DNA from: Eledone cirrhosa
Lineage: Eukaryota
NCBI GenBank assembly: GCA_964016885.1
Contig: OZ024743.1
Coordinates: forward strand, 184,698,001 to 184,762,000
Length of the DNA: 64,000 bases
Direction: 5' to 3'
Under the pieces are notes generated by a model that was given only the letters and a program-made list of their open reading frames with translations, had not been told where the DNA came from and did not search any database. Numbering within the stretch: the first letter of the stretch is position 1; every line of letters starts with the position of its first letter. Below are positions 61,925-64,000 of this stretch, in pieces. The position numbers and the translations under genes are program-made.

Positions 61925-63905
61925 AATCAACAGAGGAAGTTGCACTTGCCACCCTACCTAAAAAGAAAAGCCGAAGCCAAATGAAACCTAGTACCTCAGA
62001 GAAGGTAGTTGAGGCAAGAGCCCATCTTAGGTCAATATCCCAATCTCACCATCAATCACCATCTCAAGGGAAAAAGATACAGCTTATCATGGCCAAAAAA
62101 TCACTAGACGACGCTTATCTTAATGCTGAAGCCAACTATATCTCAGGTAGGATTGATCAGCTATCACAACATCACATCAGCAAACACCATCATCTTGCTT
62201 GGAAGGTTGTCAAAGATCTTTCAGGCAAAAACTCAAACTCTGCAGTTAGAATCAAAGGAGGCTCTGCCAAAAAACGTCTTGAAAATTGGTCTACTCATTT
62301 TAAAAACCTTCTAGGGAAAACGGCCAGACTCCCTGATAACTATCAACTGCCATCCGTTCAGGTCTCAGAGCCTTTAGGAATCAACACCTCTCCTTTCACT
62401 ATGCCTGAGCTCAAAGAAACCATCAAACAGATCAAAGCCTCAAAAGCCTTTGGGCCGGATAATATACCTACCCTGATTTGGAAGAATGAGCATTTCCACA
62501 TCCTTTTGCTCAACTTATGTAACCATACTTTCGAGACCAATAAACCACCTAGCGTCTGACATGCAGCTCAAATTATCCCCATGCCCAAAAATGGAGATCT
62601 TTCTTTAGCCACCAACTATAGAGGAATTTCTCTCATGGCAATTGCTGCAAAAATATACAAGCTTCTTCTTAACCGCTTAATCCCATTTCTTGAGCCAATC
62701 CTTCGTAACAACCAGAATGGATTTAGGAGAGGTAGATCAACACTTAGCCAGATTCTCTGCCTTCGCTGACTTATAGAGGAGTCCCAAAACCGTAATCTAG
62801 ACCTTGCACTCATCTTTGTTGATTTTTCAAAAGCCTTCGACTCAGTTGACAGGTCGGGGATGTTTGAAATTCTACAACTCTATGGGATTCCTGATAAAAT
62901 CATCGCGGCCATACGTGTAATGTATACAGATACCAAATCAACTGTCCTGACCCCAGATGGGGAAACACCACCTTTCTCAATCCTCGCTGGAATTTTACAG
63001 GGCGATACCCTTGCTCCATATCTATTTATTATTGTTGTGGATTATGTTTTGCGCATGTCTGTGGATAGGATTCAGGATAGGGGATACCAACTACAGCCTA
63101 GGAGAAGCTCACGCTACCCAACAAAATACTTGACCGACACCGACTTTGCTGACGACACCGCATTGATCAGTCGGACACTGGAAAATGCTGAGAGTCTTTT
63201 GAAGTCATTAGAGCAAGCGTCCAACTGTGTTGAACTGTACCTCAATCCAAGACTGAGTATGTGAACAGATGCGCAAACAGCCCAAACTACCCCATCAGAA
63301 CCCTTAATGGTACCACCCTTAAGCAGGTGGAAGATTACAAGTATCTTAGCTCATATATCTCCTCCTCCAAAAAAGATTTTCTAACCAGGAAGGGTATGGC
63401 ATGGTCAGCGTGCAATGACATGCACGCCATATGGACATCTCAACTTACCAACAAGCTAAAACTGGAAATATTCCAAGCAACCATTAAGCCCATATTACTT
63501 TATGGATCCGAAACTTGGACACTAACATCACAACTTGAGAGGAGATTGGATGGCACATATACCCGCCTCTTAATGAGAGTGCAAAACCTATCCTGGAAAC
63601 GACATCCCACCTTGTCTAAAATCTATGGCAAACTCCCTCGACCCTCTGCCCTTTTAAAATCCCAGAGAGCTCAATTTGCTGGCCACTGTCACCGTGCCAG
63701 CAATGAAATCATATCCGCTCTCTTGCTCTGGAACCCTGACTCCAGCCTGACTAGGAGTAGGAAGCTGTCATTTCCTGACGTTATCTCTAGGGATACGGGA
63801 ATCAGTAGACAGGACCTGGGGGCAGCGATAGGGGACAGGGAATTCTGGGGCATGAAAGTGAGATCCATCATCTCGACAGTAGTCGACGAATGATGATGAT
63901 GATGA
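61925..63905 (+). mobile_element. RTE-group LINE, 5'-truncated, with stops/frameshifts and (GAT)n tail
   Basis: KAFGPDNIP, NYRGISL, QNGFRRGRST, FVDFSKAFDSV, GILQGDTLAP, DFADD, LLYGSETW, FAGHCHR. Confidence 0.93.
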
Positions 63906-64000
63906 TTATAAACTGAAAATGAGCTCAAACTCTCCCATGAAAAGGGCTATAGAAAACAAAGATAAACCCTAAGGCCTTCTTCAAATTTGAAAAAGAGACC

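Overview
AT-rich, microsatellite-dense eukaryotic (metazoan) genomic DNA. The SINE, RTE and (TA)n repertoire is most consistent with an octopod cephalopod; this is an inference, not proof. One complete host gene can be built by hand: PSMF1/PI31 (proteasome inhibitor) on the minus strand, with 7 coding exons from 35923 to 19998, 252 aa, all GT-AG introns and consistent phases, plus a CRE/CCAAT-type promoter. There are also orphan exons of two other probable minus-strand genes. The rest is mostly transposon debris: Penelope-like elements, many RTE LINEs carrying a PHD-like finger, CRE-like and CR1-like LINE relics, a head-to-tail array of non-autonomous Helitrons, piggyBac-type MITEs and tRNA-derived SINEs. 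The most unusual signal is a set of hammerhead-ribozyme motifs (CUGANGA-stemII-GAAA-palindromic stemIII-NUH-stemI). Several sit inside near-perfect fold-back palindromes, so a ribozyme is encoded on both strands. At least 8 inverted-repeat structures with arms of 0.1-1.2 kb occur in the window. Coordinates were read manually and element boundaries may be off by a few bases.
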